Shown piece after piece: positions 34,168 to 43,223 of a stretch of 64,000 nucleotides of DNA. Origin of the DNA: a virus; IMG/VR virus record IMGVR_UViG_3300049844_000277, positions 36,520-100,519 of that record; one strand, given 5' to 3'. Every line of letters starts with the position of its first letter. The stretch's first letter is position 1. The position numbers were made by a program, and so were the translations under genes. The notes beneath the pieces were generated by a model. It had not been told where the DNA came from. It worked only from the letters and a program-made list of their open reading frames with translations, and made no database searches.

Positions 34168-37100
34168 ATGGAGAAGCCCGCAGAAATCTGCAGCGGATGT
34201 CCTCGAGAAATCGAGACAGAGACCCATCCCTACGGTTATGTTGAATCGTGGATTGATTCAAACGCCGAACTCATCATCATAGCGGAAGCTCCTGTCTGCG
34301 ATCGCCACGGTAACGTTCCTAGCTCTTTCGACGATGACAGCGGTAAAATCATTCGAACCGCCGTATCCGAGCTACGTAACTTACCTTCGCACAGTAAGCT
34401 AGCGGTCTCGTATACGTACGCAGTACTCTGTACAAGCAACCAGGGCGACAAAGACCCCGAAAAAGCCGTACTGCAACGGTGCCGTACGCTGCTCCAAGCT
34501 GACTTACGTCGCGCAAACAAGAACGCCGTCCTGCTGGTAATGGGTATGTCTGCCCTTCGCGCACTAGAAATAAAAGCCGCGAAGTTGAAGGACATGCAGG
34601 GGCGATTACTCCAAAAGCAGAAAATTGGAGAAGGTGATGACGCTCCGATATTCGATGTCGTCGTAACCGTCTCGACAAAACAGTTGTTCGCGATGCCGGG
34701 AATCTACACGACGTTCGTAGCGGACCTGCGACGAGCTGCGGACGCTGCGAGCGCAGGTGGATTAACACACGTTACCCCACTCGAAAAACTAACCGAAAAA
34801 TACGTAATCCCGAAAACAATCGAAGAAGTACGCCAAATCTGTCGCGAAATACTGAATTATCAAGAAGGTAAAGTATCTGCAGATAACTGGCCTATCTCTG
34901 TAGACACCGAGACAAACACCAAGTTTCCACACCGAGAAAACTTGAAAGTATTGGCGGTGTCCTTCGCATGGGCGGAGGGTAAAGCTACTGCAATTCCATT
35001 AGAGCACCCCACTACACCCTACGCGTACCAAGACGCGATACCGTACGTACGCGAAGTCTTAGCGAGCAAGAAGCCGAAGTTCCTTCATAATGCTAAGTTC
35101 GACCTTAAAGTCTTCATGAAAGCGGGCTGGCCGATTAACGGGTTCGCTTGGGATAGCATGCTAGGGGAACATGCTCTCGAAGAAGATAAAAAGGGACAGT
35201 ACGGATTAAAGCAGTTGACCCGTACTTTCTTCCCGGAATTCGCGACATACGCCGACTCTCTTCAAGAAATGCTCACGCACGAAGAGGGCGACTCGCAGCT
35301 CGACAACCTGAGGAAAGCGCCAAAAGCTTCAACTTCGAAAGATGGGGGATTTGAAAGTATCCCACTTCCCACGCTATTGCTTTATGCGGCAGTCGATGCA
35401 GATATGACACGGCGGCTAGTGTTACTGCAGGAAAAAAGAATTACCGACGAGCAGAACAGAGTAATCGTAGAAACGAATATAACGAAGAGAGAGCAGGCGC
35501 TGGCGATTTCGGCGAGGAAGAAAATACGGCTGAGAATTGCGCCGCTACATAGTGAGACGGAGATGTTGAAGAAGTACATGGTGCTCTACCCCGTCCCAGA
35601 ACTCTGTTCCGCTGATAAGCCGGTAAGACAACTAGTACTGAACAACGTATTCCCCGTTACCCCAGCTCTCGCGAGAATGGAGTTTAAGGGCATACGGATA
35701 GACAGACCGTACCTAACTACGTTGCGTGAAGCGTTGGGAAAAGTCGTCACAGAAACCGCTGCAGAGCTACAGGATATGGCGGGCAGAGAGATAACTCTCA
35801 ATAGTCCGGCAGAGATAGCTGAAATCCTGTTCAACAGCGGGTTTATACATCCAACAACTCACGCCCCCACGACTTATCCCCTCACAGGCATCGGTAAGAC
35901 AAAAACGGGACAGATACAAACCACCGAGAAAGTGATGCAGTACTTGGTGGCGAAGTATCAGTGCCCCTTTGCAGCTAAAAAACTAATCTACGCCAAGGCA
36001 TATAAAGCGAAAAATACGTTCTGTCAGAATGTGTGGGATCTCTCGGAGCTCGACGGGTATCTACACACGAACTACAACCAGCACGGCACAAATTCGGGTA
36101 GACTGTCCTGTGTCGCGGGAGAAACCGTACTAGATACTAATTACGGAAAAATCGAGATACAGAATCTCGATCTGGAGAAGATGCCGGGGATTACCATCCA
36201 GACCCACGAACTCCGCGAACAACCGATTCTACGTAAAATAGAAAAAGGCATTGAAGAAATGTTCGAGGTCGAACTCGAAGACGGGCGCACCATCACCGTG
36301 ACTAAAAAACATCGCTTCTTGACGCCGACGGGGTGGAAACGACTCGAGGAACTGTCAGAAAATGCCGAAATACTCTGCGCCGCCTCCGTGGGTAGTGGAC
36401 CAAATATGCGACTCGTTACAACCCGGATAAAAAGCATACGTCCCGTAGGTCCTAAGAAAGTCTGGGACCTCACAGTAGCGGTCGATCACTCTTACATCGC
36501 CCACGGATTTGTTAACAAAAATTCCAACGATGAAAACATGCAAAACATCCCCAAGAAATTGGCGGGTGTTAACATTAAGAAAGTGTTCCTCCCGGACGAT
36601 GATTCGTATGTCTTCGTCAACGCTGATGCGAAGGGTGCCGAAGTACGAATCCTAACCGCCTACTGCCGAGACCAAGCGCTCATACAATCGCTCAACGCGG
36701 GGCAGGACACGCATTGTTTCATCGCGTCCAAGATTGTTGAAATCGTACGTCAGAGTCCTGGTGCAACGGCGGTTCTCGGAAGCATGAATCTAAGCGATGA
36801 GTATCCTCTGACGTACGAAGACTTCGCGGCTAGAGACAAGCTAAAAGAAACCAATAGTAAGTACGGGGCGATGCTCGACAAATTCAGAACCGCTGTCAAA
36901 CGCGTAGTGTTCGGTATTCTGTACGGCGCCGGTCCTCAGAAAATTGCGGAAACTATTGGTATCAGTCTAGAGCAAGCACAACAGCTCATTCACACTCTGT
37001 TCGCTTTGTTTCCGTCCATCAAGACGTACATGGCGCAGACAAAGTGGGAACTACAACAATTTAATTTAGTCGAAACGTTCTTCGGTAGACGCCGTAGATT

Positions 37101-37527
37101 TAGTGTATCGGGAGCGCCGAAGTATCAAATAGGGAGAGCTGAACGTCAGACAGTTAATTTTAAAATCCAAAGCACAAGCTCTGATATCGTAATGGGACGA
37201 TTACTAGCAATCGAAGAACCTCTCAAAGATTTGGGAGGTAGACTTCTATTGACAGTGCACGACAGCCTTGGGTTTCAAATCAAGAAAAAATATATCCGAC
37301 AGCTACCTGATTTCATTTATACGTATTTGGAGAAGGGTGCAGCAGACGCCCATCCATGGCTCCCAGTCGCATTTAAATGGGACTACGAAGTTGGGTCATC
37401 ATACGGCGAACTCAAATCACTGGAATCCTACCTTGCCAACACGAAAATAGAGGAATACTCGAACGATGCCTACGTCGCCGAGGCTTTCACAGAAGAAGAC
37501 GCAAGAACCTCCCTCTCCGAACCCTGA
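34168..37527 (+). CDS. polA: Family-A DNA polymerase with N-terminal UDG-family-4-like domain and 3'-5' exonuclease domain, interrupted by a mini-intein
   Basis: UDG-like: LIIIAEAPVCDRHGNVPSSFDDDSGKII. Exo I/II/III: SVDTETN, HNAKFDLKVF, YAAVDADMT. Pol motif A: VFVNADAKGAEVRIL; motif B: RTAVKRVVFGILYGAG; motif C: LTVHDSLGF. ATG 34168 follows GAGGAG; the track ORF begins at GTG 34144. Confidence 0.9.
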   Translation: MEKPAEICSGCPREIETETHPYGYVESWIDSNAELIIIAEAPVCDRHGNVPSSFDDDSGKIIRTAVSELRNLPSHSKLAVSYTYAVLCTSNQGDKDPEKAVLQRCRTLLQADLRRANKNAVLLVMGMSALRALEIKAAKLKDMQGRLLQKQKIGEGDDAPIFDVVVTVSTKQLFAMPGIYTTFVADLRRAADAASAGGLTHVTPLEKLTEKYVIPKTIEEVRQICREILNYQEGKVSADNWPISVDTETNTKFPHRENLKVLAVSFAWAEGKATAIPLEHPTTPYAYQDAIPYVREVLASKKPKFLHNAKFDLKVFMKAGWPINGFAWDSMLGEHALEEDKKGQYGLKQLTRTFFPEFATYADSLQEMLTHEEGDSQLDNLRKAPKASTSKDGGFESIPLPTLLLYAAVDADMTRRLVLLQEKRITDEQNRVIVETNITKREQALAISARKKIRLRIAPLHSETEMLKKYMVLYPVPELCSADKPVRQLVLNNVFPVTPALARMEFKGIRIDRPYLTTLREALGKVVTETAAELQDMAGREITLNSPAEIAEILFNSGFIHPTTHAPTTYPLTGIGKTKTGQIQTTEKVMQYLVAKYQCPFAAKKLIYAKAYKAKNTFCQNVWDLSELDGYLHTNYNQHGTNSGRLSCVAGETVLDTNYGKIEIQNLDLEKMPGITIQTHELREQPILRKIEKGIEEMFEVELEDGRTITVTKKHRFLTPTGWKRLEELSENAEILCAASVGSGPNMRLVTTRIKSIRPVGPKKVWDLTVAVDHSYIAHGFVNKNSNDENMQNIPKKLAGVNIKKVFLPDDDSYVFVNADAKGAEVRILTAYCRDQALIQSLNAGQDTHCFIASKIVEIVRQSPGATAVLGSMNLSDEYPLTYEDFAARDKLKETNSKYGAMLDKFRTAVKRVVFGILYGAGPQKIAETIGISLEQAQQLIHTLFALFPSIKTYMAQTKWELQQFNLVETFFGRRRRFSVSGAPKYQIGRAERQTVNFKIQSTSSDIVMGRLLAIEEPLKDLGGRLLLTVHDSLGFQIKKKYIRQLPDFIYTYLEKGAADAHPWLPVAFKWDYEVGSSYGELKSLESYLANTKIEEYSNDAYVAEAFTEEDARTSLSEP
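36109..36522 (+). mobile_element. Intein 5 (138-aa mini-intein, no endonuclease domain) in DNA polymerase
   Basis: Junctions are TNSGRLS|CVAGETVLDTNYGKI... and ...HSYIAHGFVNKN|SNDENMQNIPK. The spliced sequence restores the PolA (T/S)GRLSS....QNIP motif. Confidence 0.8.
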
Positions 37528-37528
37528 T

Positions 37529-37792
37529 GTGGTAGTGCACACGCCTCTAGCGCTACACACCAAGAACCTCAAAGAAGCTGTAGGTACCCTCGTCATCTTT
37601 TACCTCGTAAACAACGGAAGACCTCTTCGAGGAATTTTGTTGGAATATGACGATGAGACAGTAGTTATCGCTCCTAAAACTACAATTCCCCGCGAAAAGA
37701 TAGTAGCCTTCTATCAGGCCAAAAATGCTCCTCCCAAAAACAAAGAAGTTCCAAGATCTTCTGTTCGTCGATACAGAAACGACGGGACTTGA
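37529..37792 (+). CDS. Small protein with possible Sm-like fold (start uncertain)
   Basis: GTLVIFYLVNNGRPLRGILLEYDDETVVIAPKT..IPREKIVAFY resembles an Sm1-type beta-strand pattern. GTG lies right after the polA stop; the track ORF starts at 37466. Confidence 0.3.
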   Translation: MVVHTPLALHTKNLKEAVGTLVIFYLVNNGRPLRGILLEYDDETVVIAPKTTIPREKIVAFYQAKNAPPKNKEVPRSSVRRYRNDGT

Positions 37793-38297
37793 CCCTACTA
37801 AGCATGAGATACTCGAGGTCGCGGCGATACGTACAACGCCTGATGCGAAGCAGGTGCTGACGACGTATCACGCGAAAATAAAGCCACTACGTATCGAAAC
37901 CGCGGAACCAAAGGCTCTTGAGATAAACAAGTATTCCGCGGAGGAGTGGACCTTTGACAAGTGCGTCAATCCTGAGGTTGTGGTAAGAGCCCTAATGGCT
38001 ATGTCGCACAATACGGTGCTAGTAGGGCACAACGTATCGTTCGATGAGGGATTTCTTACGGCTTTATTGCGTCAATTCTACGCGACAGTTCCGTGGGGAT
38101 ACCATAAGATCGATACAGTCGCACTCGCGTGGCCCCTATTCATGTACACTCCCGCTGAAGGAGTGAGCTTAGAAAAGGTTTGTAGATATCTCGGTACTAC
38201 AAACAAACCTGAGCATCGAGCAATGAACGATGCCCTCGCGTGCAGGGATGTGTATTTAAGTCTGATGTCTCGTTGGGAAAAAGCTTGTGAAGCGTAA
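37725..38297 (+). CDS. DEDDh (DnaQ-like) 3'-5' exonuclease
   Basis: LLFVDTETTGLDP, LVGHNVSFDEGFL and HRAMNDALACRDVY. Confidence 0.8.
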   Translation: MLLPKTKKFQDLLFVDTETTGLDPTKHEILEVAAIRTTPDAKQVLTTYHAKIKPLRIETAEPKALEINKYSAEEWTFDKCVNPEVVVRALMAMSHNTVLVGHNVSFDEGFLTALLRQFYATVPWGYHKIDTVALAWPLFMYTPAEGVSLEKVCRYLGTTNKPEHRAMNDALACRDVYLSLMSRWEKACEA

Positions 38298-38311
38298 CCT
38301 GTAGATACGTA

Positions 38312-38413
38312 AAATCTTTGTTCCAGTACATCTGGAGTCAGCGTAGCGCTGACATGCTTCCCAGAGCTCTTAGTTTGGTAGCCTAGCTAACAAATATAAG
38401 GTCAATGGCCGCC
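38312..38413 (+). repeat. Copy A of a ~100-nt block-conserved repeat containing a GTCAGCG-TAG-CGCTGAC hairpin
   Basis: Blocks shared with copy B: ATCTTT, GGAGTCAGCGTAG(C/T)GCTGACAT, TTAG, AGCCTAGCT, AAGGTCA, GGCCGCC. Confidence 0.7.
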
Positions 38414-38480
38414 GGGGAAAAATGAACTCCCTGAACCCCACCGAGCTCGAGCAAACAATAAATATATAGTAGAACATAGA

Positions 38481-38590
38481 AAGATCTTTCCTGCCCGGTA
38501 CCATTTCGGAGTCAGCGTAGTGCTGACATATGGCCCGATGTTAGCGCGAAGCCTAGCTTCAAGCTAAGAGAAGGTCATTATGGGCCGCCT
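38481..38590 (+). repeat. Copy B of the block-conserved repeat
   Basis: Same ordered blocks as copy A. The single stem difference (C to T) preserves pairing as G-U. Confidence 0.7.
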
Positions 38591-38793
38591 CCGCCTCAAG
38601 GGCAATATCCTTAAGTATGTGGCGCCTATATTGGACATTCCGCGGAATCATAGAACTAAGAGGAAAGACGTAGGGAGCGTAGGGATTCGAGCTGTAAACA
38701 CAGCGCCCGCGTAGTGCGGGCAGCCGTAAGCTGTTCAGATAAGCTATGAGATAAGCTTGAAATCAACCATATCCTCACTGAATGAGGAATCCC

Positions 38794-40398
38794 TTACGCG
38801 TAGAATTTCAGGTCATTAGACACAAGCTTATGTGCAAACCATCCGAACAGTTGTGCATGAAGACAATCGTCAGGTAATTGGGGACTGTGTCGCCAAACCT
38901 TTTTACCTGACGACGTAACTTCTTCATAGACGTTCAGAATATCTTTAATCGCTTCACGTGATTCTTCTCGTGGCGGATATACAACCGAACCCCGCTTCAG
39001 AAACATGAGATAGTTATCAATCATCGTCGTGCGGTCAGCGAGATACCTGTCCAAGCCATTGTGCTTTATCGGCTGACCTAACGCTCCGTACTGCATCATG
39101 TGCACGCGGTGAGCGCCTAGACGGTCTCGTAGCGTCGCATTAGGTAGTGCGCCTTCGCCAGCGTCACCGATGACCATCGCAACAGCGTAATGCTGGCAAA
39201 TCGCAGCGATATTCTCGACATCTGCGACGGCGTTGCTTCCTGGGTAAATTCGGAAGTAGAGCGTACGTAACTTCTGTGTTGCGGGATGAAAGCCCCACAC
39301 CCATAGGACCGTACGGCTAACGCCCGTCGTTCCGCCGCCCGACCAATCAACGCCGGCAACAGTAATCGAACAGCCTTCCAAATTTTTACCTGGCGTAGGG
39401 GATATCTGGGGGCCTGTGCACAGTGCTTCGAGCTCCTCCAGTGAAATAAGTCTACGACCTACGGCATCTGATACACCCAAGACCTCATTGCGGAACTTAG
39501 CCGCGGAAAACATGTCATGGTCACGGAGGATATCATCCCAACGCGCCTGAGCGTCCTCGACTGCACTCGGCTTTTCGGGCGTATTTTTTACACACGACGG
39601 GATGTTCAGCGGCATAATCAATTGAGAAATGTGAAAGCCTTTAATGGAGTGTTTTCCAGTACCCTTGTCGGCAATACGCATATCGATCCACTGCCCTGCG
39701 CGGGGATTTAAAACCTTCCCACAATTAAGACAAATGGGGCCGTGTTTACCGAGAGACTTCTCACTAATAACGAAGTTGTATTTACTACACCCCTCGCACT
39801 TCATCACCCATTCGCTCTGAGAAGACTGATCCCACAAAAATTGAATGGAGTTCTCCATAGTTTTCGGAGTTCCGGCGTAAGTTTCGAACCGGTACGCGGA
39901 ATTCTTCATACACGCCAAAATTACGGGAATGACACTGTCGTATAATACGTCCTGTACTTCGTCAAACAAACAACGGTCAGCGGAAAAACCACGCGCACGA
40001 TCCGCGTCATCGGTCGCGTACGTGAACCCGTTCTCTGACCCGTTCGTATACGACCGATGTAATACGCGATCCGCGTGATCTGGAGATAAGAAGTATTTCT
40101 TAATCAACGGCGAATACGACAATGTTTTACCAACACGCGTGTTAGAGAACAAGAGAGTTTGCTCGCGTGAAGGACTGGAATAGTAACTCTTGAAAAATGG
40201 GCGAGAAACAGATTCAGATATAATAAAGTTAGCCAGAGATGTGCTTTTACTGACCTGACGCGCAGTCATCAGAAGCGTCGATTTATAACCTCCGTCATAT
40301 ATCGATTTGAAAAATGGATAGTCTGTAAGACTAAAGGGAGCGCCGTCTAGCCATAATAGACGCTCAGCCACTTCCGAAAGACGTTTACTTCCAATCAC
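38794..40398 (-). CDS. terL: Terminase large subunit
   Basis: N-terminal ATPase with deviant Walker A (LMTARQVSKSTSL) and Walker B (DRCLFDEVQD). C-terminal RNase-H-like nuclease acidic motifs (VAGVDWSGGG, MVIGDAGEG). Zn-ribbon CEGCSK...CLNCGK. GTG start. Confidence 0.65.
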   Translation of the reverse strand: MIGSKRLSEVAERLLWLDGAPFSLTDYPFFKSIYDGGYKSTLLMTARQVSKSTSLANFIISESVSRPFFKSYYSSPSREQTLLFSNTRVGKTLSYSPLIKKYFLSPDHADRVLHRSYTNGSENGFTYATDDADRARGFSADRCLFDEVQDVLYDSVIPVILACMKNSAYRFETYAGTPKTMENSIQFLWDQSSQSEWVMKCEGCSKYNFVISEKSLGKHGPICLNCGKVLNPRAGQWIDMRIADKGTGKHSIKGFHISQLIMPLNIPSCVKNTPEKPSAVEDAQARWDDILRDHDMFSAAKFRNEVLGVSDAVGRRLISLEELEALCTGPQISPTPGKNLEGCSITVAGVDWSGGGTTGVSRTVLWVWGFHPATQKLRTLYFRIYPGSNAVADVENIAAICQHYAVAMVIGDAGEGALPNATLRDRLGAHRVHMMQYGALGQPIKHNGLDRYLADRTTMIDNYLMFLKRGSVVYPPREESREAIKDILNVYEEVTSSGKKVWRHSPQLPDDCLHAQLFGWFAHKLVSNDLKFYA

Positions 40399-40426
40399 AA
40401 GTTAAACCGTGGTAGGAAATGATTAA

Positions 40427-40627
40427 ATGAGCAACGTTGGACAGGAAAAAACTGTACAAGGCGAAAATTATTGGGACCGCTGCGTTATGCCACGGATTAC
40501 TCCGTACGAAGGATCGACTCTAAGCGTAGCATATAAGTGTTTCGAACTAGCCTGTAGAATCACACGATCCTTTCAACGCAAAAACATTCTTAGCGATAGT
40601 AGCGAATACGTAAGGGTCCTCGTGTAG
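40427..40627 (+). pseudogene. Relic/duplicate of the 5' end of the AAA ATPase gene
   Basis: MSNVGQEKTVQGENYWDRCVMPRITPYEGSTL aligns without gaps to the start of 41213..42496, MSNTAQNSVATTESYWDKYGIPRVTLHEALAQ (12/32 identical). Similarity ends where the oppositely oriented endonuclease gene begins (40547). Confidence 0.4.
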
Positions 40628-41185
40628 TAAGCCGAAAGCAGCATTACAATTACCGTGCGCTAACCCCCGAACAACGCCTGTAGTGTGGTCATGGTCAATT
40701 TTCGGAACCTCAAAAAGAGGGCGATCGCATAACCAACAACGTCCCGACTGAGCGATAAGTAACGTATGCCATCGGGAAAGAGTTAGTCCGTAGGTGTGAC
40801 GTGCACGGTGTCCTGGATTAGCGAGACGCCACGCTTTTGTACGCGCTTTCGCCGTTGCCGAATTAGCACGGTAGTACGCAGCTTGATACTCTCTAATCTT
40901 ATCGCGGTTACTAGCGTAATATTTCGAAGCACGAGCCTTTACTTTCTGCGGATTAGCTTTACGGTAGTCAGCTCTTTGTAATCGGATCTCTTCCGCGTGC
41001 TCCTCCCTATAATTCTTACTGTACTTCTTAATCCGAGGCGCATTCTTCTTACTATATTTTTTCTGCTGTGCGCGAATTTCCTCACGATGCGCGTAATAGT
41101 ACTGAGCCGCCAATATTCTCGAGCAGGGCGCGCATCGCCCATCTTTGCGTTTCTCCGTACTCCCACACTTGTTACATTTTCCCAT
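40547..41185 (-). CDS. Endonuclease-VII-family (HNH-like) homing endonuclease
   Basis: CWLCDRPLFEVPKIDHDHTTGVVRGLAHGNCNAAFGLL, plus N-terminal Zn-ribbon CNKCGS...CAPCS and repeated YY..NRE.IR helices. Confidence 0.75.
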   Translation of the reverse strand: MGKCNKCGSTEKRKDGRCAPCSRILAAQYYYAHREEIRAQQKKYSKKNAPRIKKYSKNYREEHAEEIRLQRADYRKANPQKVKARASKYYASNRDKIREYQAAYYRANSATAKARTKAWRLANPGHRARHTYGLTLSRWHTLLIAQSGRCWLCDRPLFEVPKIDHDHTTGVVRGLAHGNCNAAFGLLHEDPYVFATIAKNVFALKGSCDSTG

Positions 41186-41212
41186 TTACACAATATACAC
41201 TAGAGCAAACAT

Positions 41213-42496
41213 ATGAGCAATACCGCGCAAAACAGCGTAGCCACCACAGAAAGTTATTGGGATAAGTACGGGATTCCTAGAGTAACACTTCACGAAGCCC
41301 TTGCACAAATTGAACTCTCCATTATCTACAATCAAACAAGAGGAGTTTTTTGTTTAATCTCAGAAGCTGGAGAAGGAAAATCGCAAGGAATTCACCAACT
41401 AGCTCGAAAACACCGAAGGCGTGTGGTGGACATCCGAACATCGCAATTTTCTATGATTGGCGCAGGTGTTCCCCAGAGAGCAGACGAAACAGGGCACTTC
41501 AAAATCGCCATCCCAAATGATTACCCGAAACCGGGAGAAAAGTGCCTACTAGTATTCGATGAAATCAACCAAGGGCAACAACACGCCGTAGCGCTATTTT
41601 TCAAACTATTGGAAGATCGAGGAATCTACGACTACACACTCCCCAACGATTGCATCATCGTTGCTTTGATGAACCCCTCGACCGCGAACTACTCAGTCAC
41701 TAAAATTGAAACTAATTCAGCTTTTAACAGACGACTACAAAAACTCTACGTATACAACACTTTCTCCGATTGGAAGAAGCACGCACAAACAAACGACTTC
41801 CACTACACAGATGGGCTTCAGAAGCCCTGCCATCCGATGGTTGTACGGTTGCTCACAGCTACTCCCGCCATGCTGTATACCGCCAAGGATAGAGACGGGA
41901 ATAAGCAGTATGCCTGTCCCGCAACCTGGCAGACCGTATCTCTGTCGCTCTACAACCTCGCCGATGCGGGCGTGGACCTCACAAGTGAGCGAGCGGAGAA
42001 TCGAATCGCCGCGTCTATCAATATCGTCAACGCGCGGATGCTCGTGGAGTTCATCAAGAACAACGAGATACTCATCGGCCCGGAAGAAGTTCTGTTCAAG
42101 TACAAGCCGAAGAGCAAGCTTCGAGAGCGAGTGCTCGAAATACAAAAGGAGCCCGGCGGTACGTACACGCAGCTCGTAGAAGATGTCGCGCAATACATCT
42201 TCCGCGAGAGACCGGAAGCCGAAGTCATCGCGCCCAACCTCGTTCAGTTCTGGCACGATATGCCGGTCGAACAAGCGCAGCCGTTCTACCAAATGCTAGA
42301 TGCTGCCTGTCAGGCACACGGCGGTATCAAGGAGCCCAAGAACGTTCAGTACATGCAGGCGCTCACCACCGCGAATCGTCAGTATCCGCTGTGGAAAGAA
42401 ATCAACGACAGAATCAACCGCATTCACGACGAGGTCGAGAAGAAGATTCATGGGCGAGGGGTCGGGAAAGACCCCATGCTCAGTGCTCAAATGTAG
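41213..42496 (+). CDS. AAA (MoxR/dynein-related-like) ATPase
   Basis: Walker A reads LISEAGEGKSQG. Walker B reads CLLVFDEINQG. Also VALMNPS...FNRRL. Confidence 0.65.
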   Translation: MSNTAQNSVATTESYWDKYGIPRVTLHEALAQIELSIIYNQTRGVFCLISEAGEGKSQGIHQLARKHRRRVVDIRTSQFSMIGAGVPQRADETGHFKIAIPNDYPKPGEKCLLVFDEINQGQQHAVALFFKLLEDRGIYDYTLPNDCIIVALMNPSTANYSVTKIETNSAFNRRLQKLYVYNTFSDWKKHAQTNDFHYTDGLQKPCHPMVVRLLTATPAMLYTAKDRDGNKQYACPATWQTVSLSLYNLADAGVDLTSERAENRIAASINIVNARMLVEFIKNNEILIGPEEVLFKYKPKSKLRERVLEIQKEPGGTYTQLVEDVAQYIFRERPEAEVIAPNLVQFWHDMPVEQAQPFYQMLDAACQAHGGIKEPKNVQYMQALTTANRQYPLWKEINDRINRIHDEVEKKIHGRGVGKDPMLSAQM

Positions 42497-43223
42497 CGAG
42501 CTCTCGACGCAGATGCTTGGTTCTATCTTCGACGTAACGCCAAGCAACAGCTAACCGGCCAAGCTGCGCCCCCAAGGCGGAAATATCGAACGTACGTGCT
42601 TTTCGTTCGAGCTCCTCCTTGGGGAGCGCTTGCCAAGCCGCTTCGGTTTCTTTTTGAAGCACTAAGGAATCCGCGCTCAATTTACTCGTCAACTCTTCCA
42701 ACGCGAATCCCAAGCCGACGGGTGGAAGTACTAGTCCCTCGTCGAAGAGAGATACACCGACGTACGCAGCGACGCTCTCGTCATATTCAGGTCGAGTAGA
42801 TTCACCATCAGTCAGCGCAAACAAGAGCTCCGCCTCAAAAGCGGCCCACGCCATCTGCGCTGAATCACACTTCGGCACGTCGTTCGGACTTACCATCTCC
42901 TGCGTCAAGGCGTGCGTCGTTGCGCCGAATACGCGGTAATCCCAGTAAAAGCTGGGAGTCAGCGCGAGCGCAACACCCGCCATTAATTTATCTCGATTCG
43001 AGGTGTGGATGGGTAGTTCGTGCCATAGCGTTTCAGGCTCGTAAGCCGTGAAATGTGGACCCAGTAAATAACGGGCTGATACAAGTAAGGCTGTTGCAGA
43101 CGTATCTGCGTTTTGTAGCAACTCTTTAGCGGTCTGCTCGTGTACGGACGTAGGGATGCGGAAATATGCCGCATAGGCTTCCTTTACTGCGAGACGTTGT
43201 AGCTCAGAAAGCGTCATCGACAA
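42480..43223 (-). CDS. Hypothetical protein (247 aa)
   Basis: Long ORF, translationally coupled to the upstream gene. No motif recognised. Confidence 0.5.
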   Translation of the reverse strand: MSMTLSELQRLAVKEAYAAYFRIPTSVHEQTAKELLQNADTSATALLVSARYLLGPHFTAYEPETLWHELPIHTSNRDKLMAGVALALTPSFYWDYRVFGATTHALTQEMVSPNDVPKCDSAQMAWAAFEAELLFALTDGESTRPEYDESVAAYVGVSLFDEGLVLPPVGLGFALEELTSKLSADSLVLQKETEAAWQALPKEELERKARTFDISALGAQLGRLAVAWRYVEDRTKHLRRELATFEH

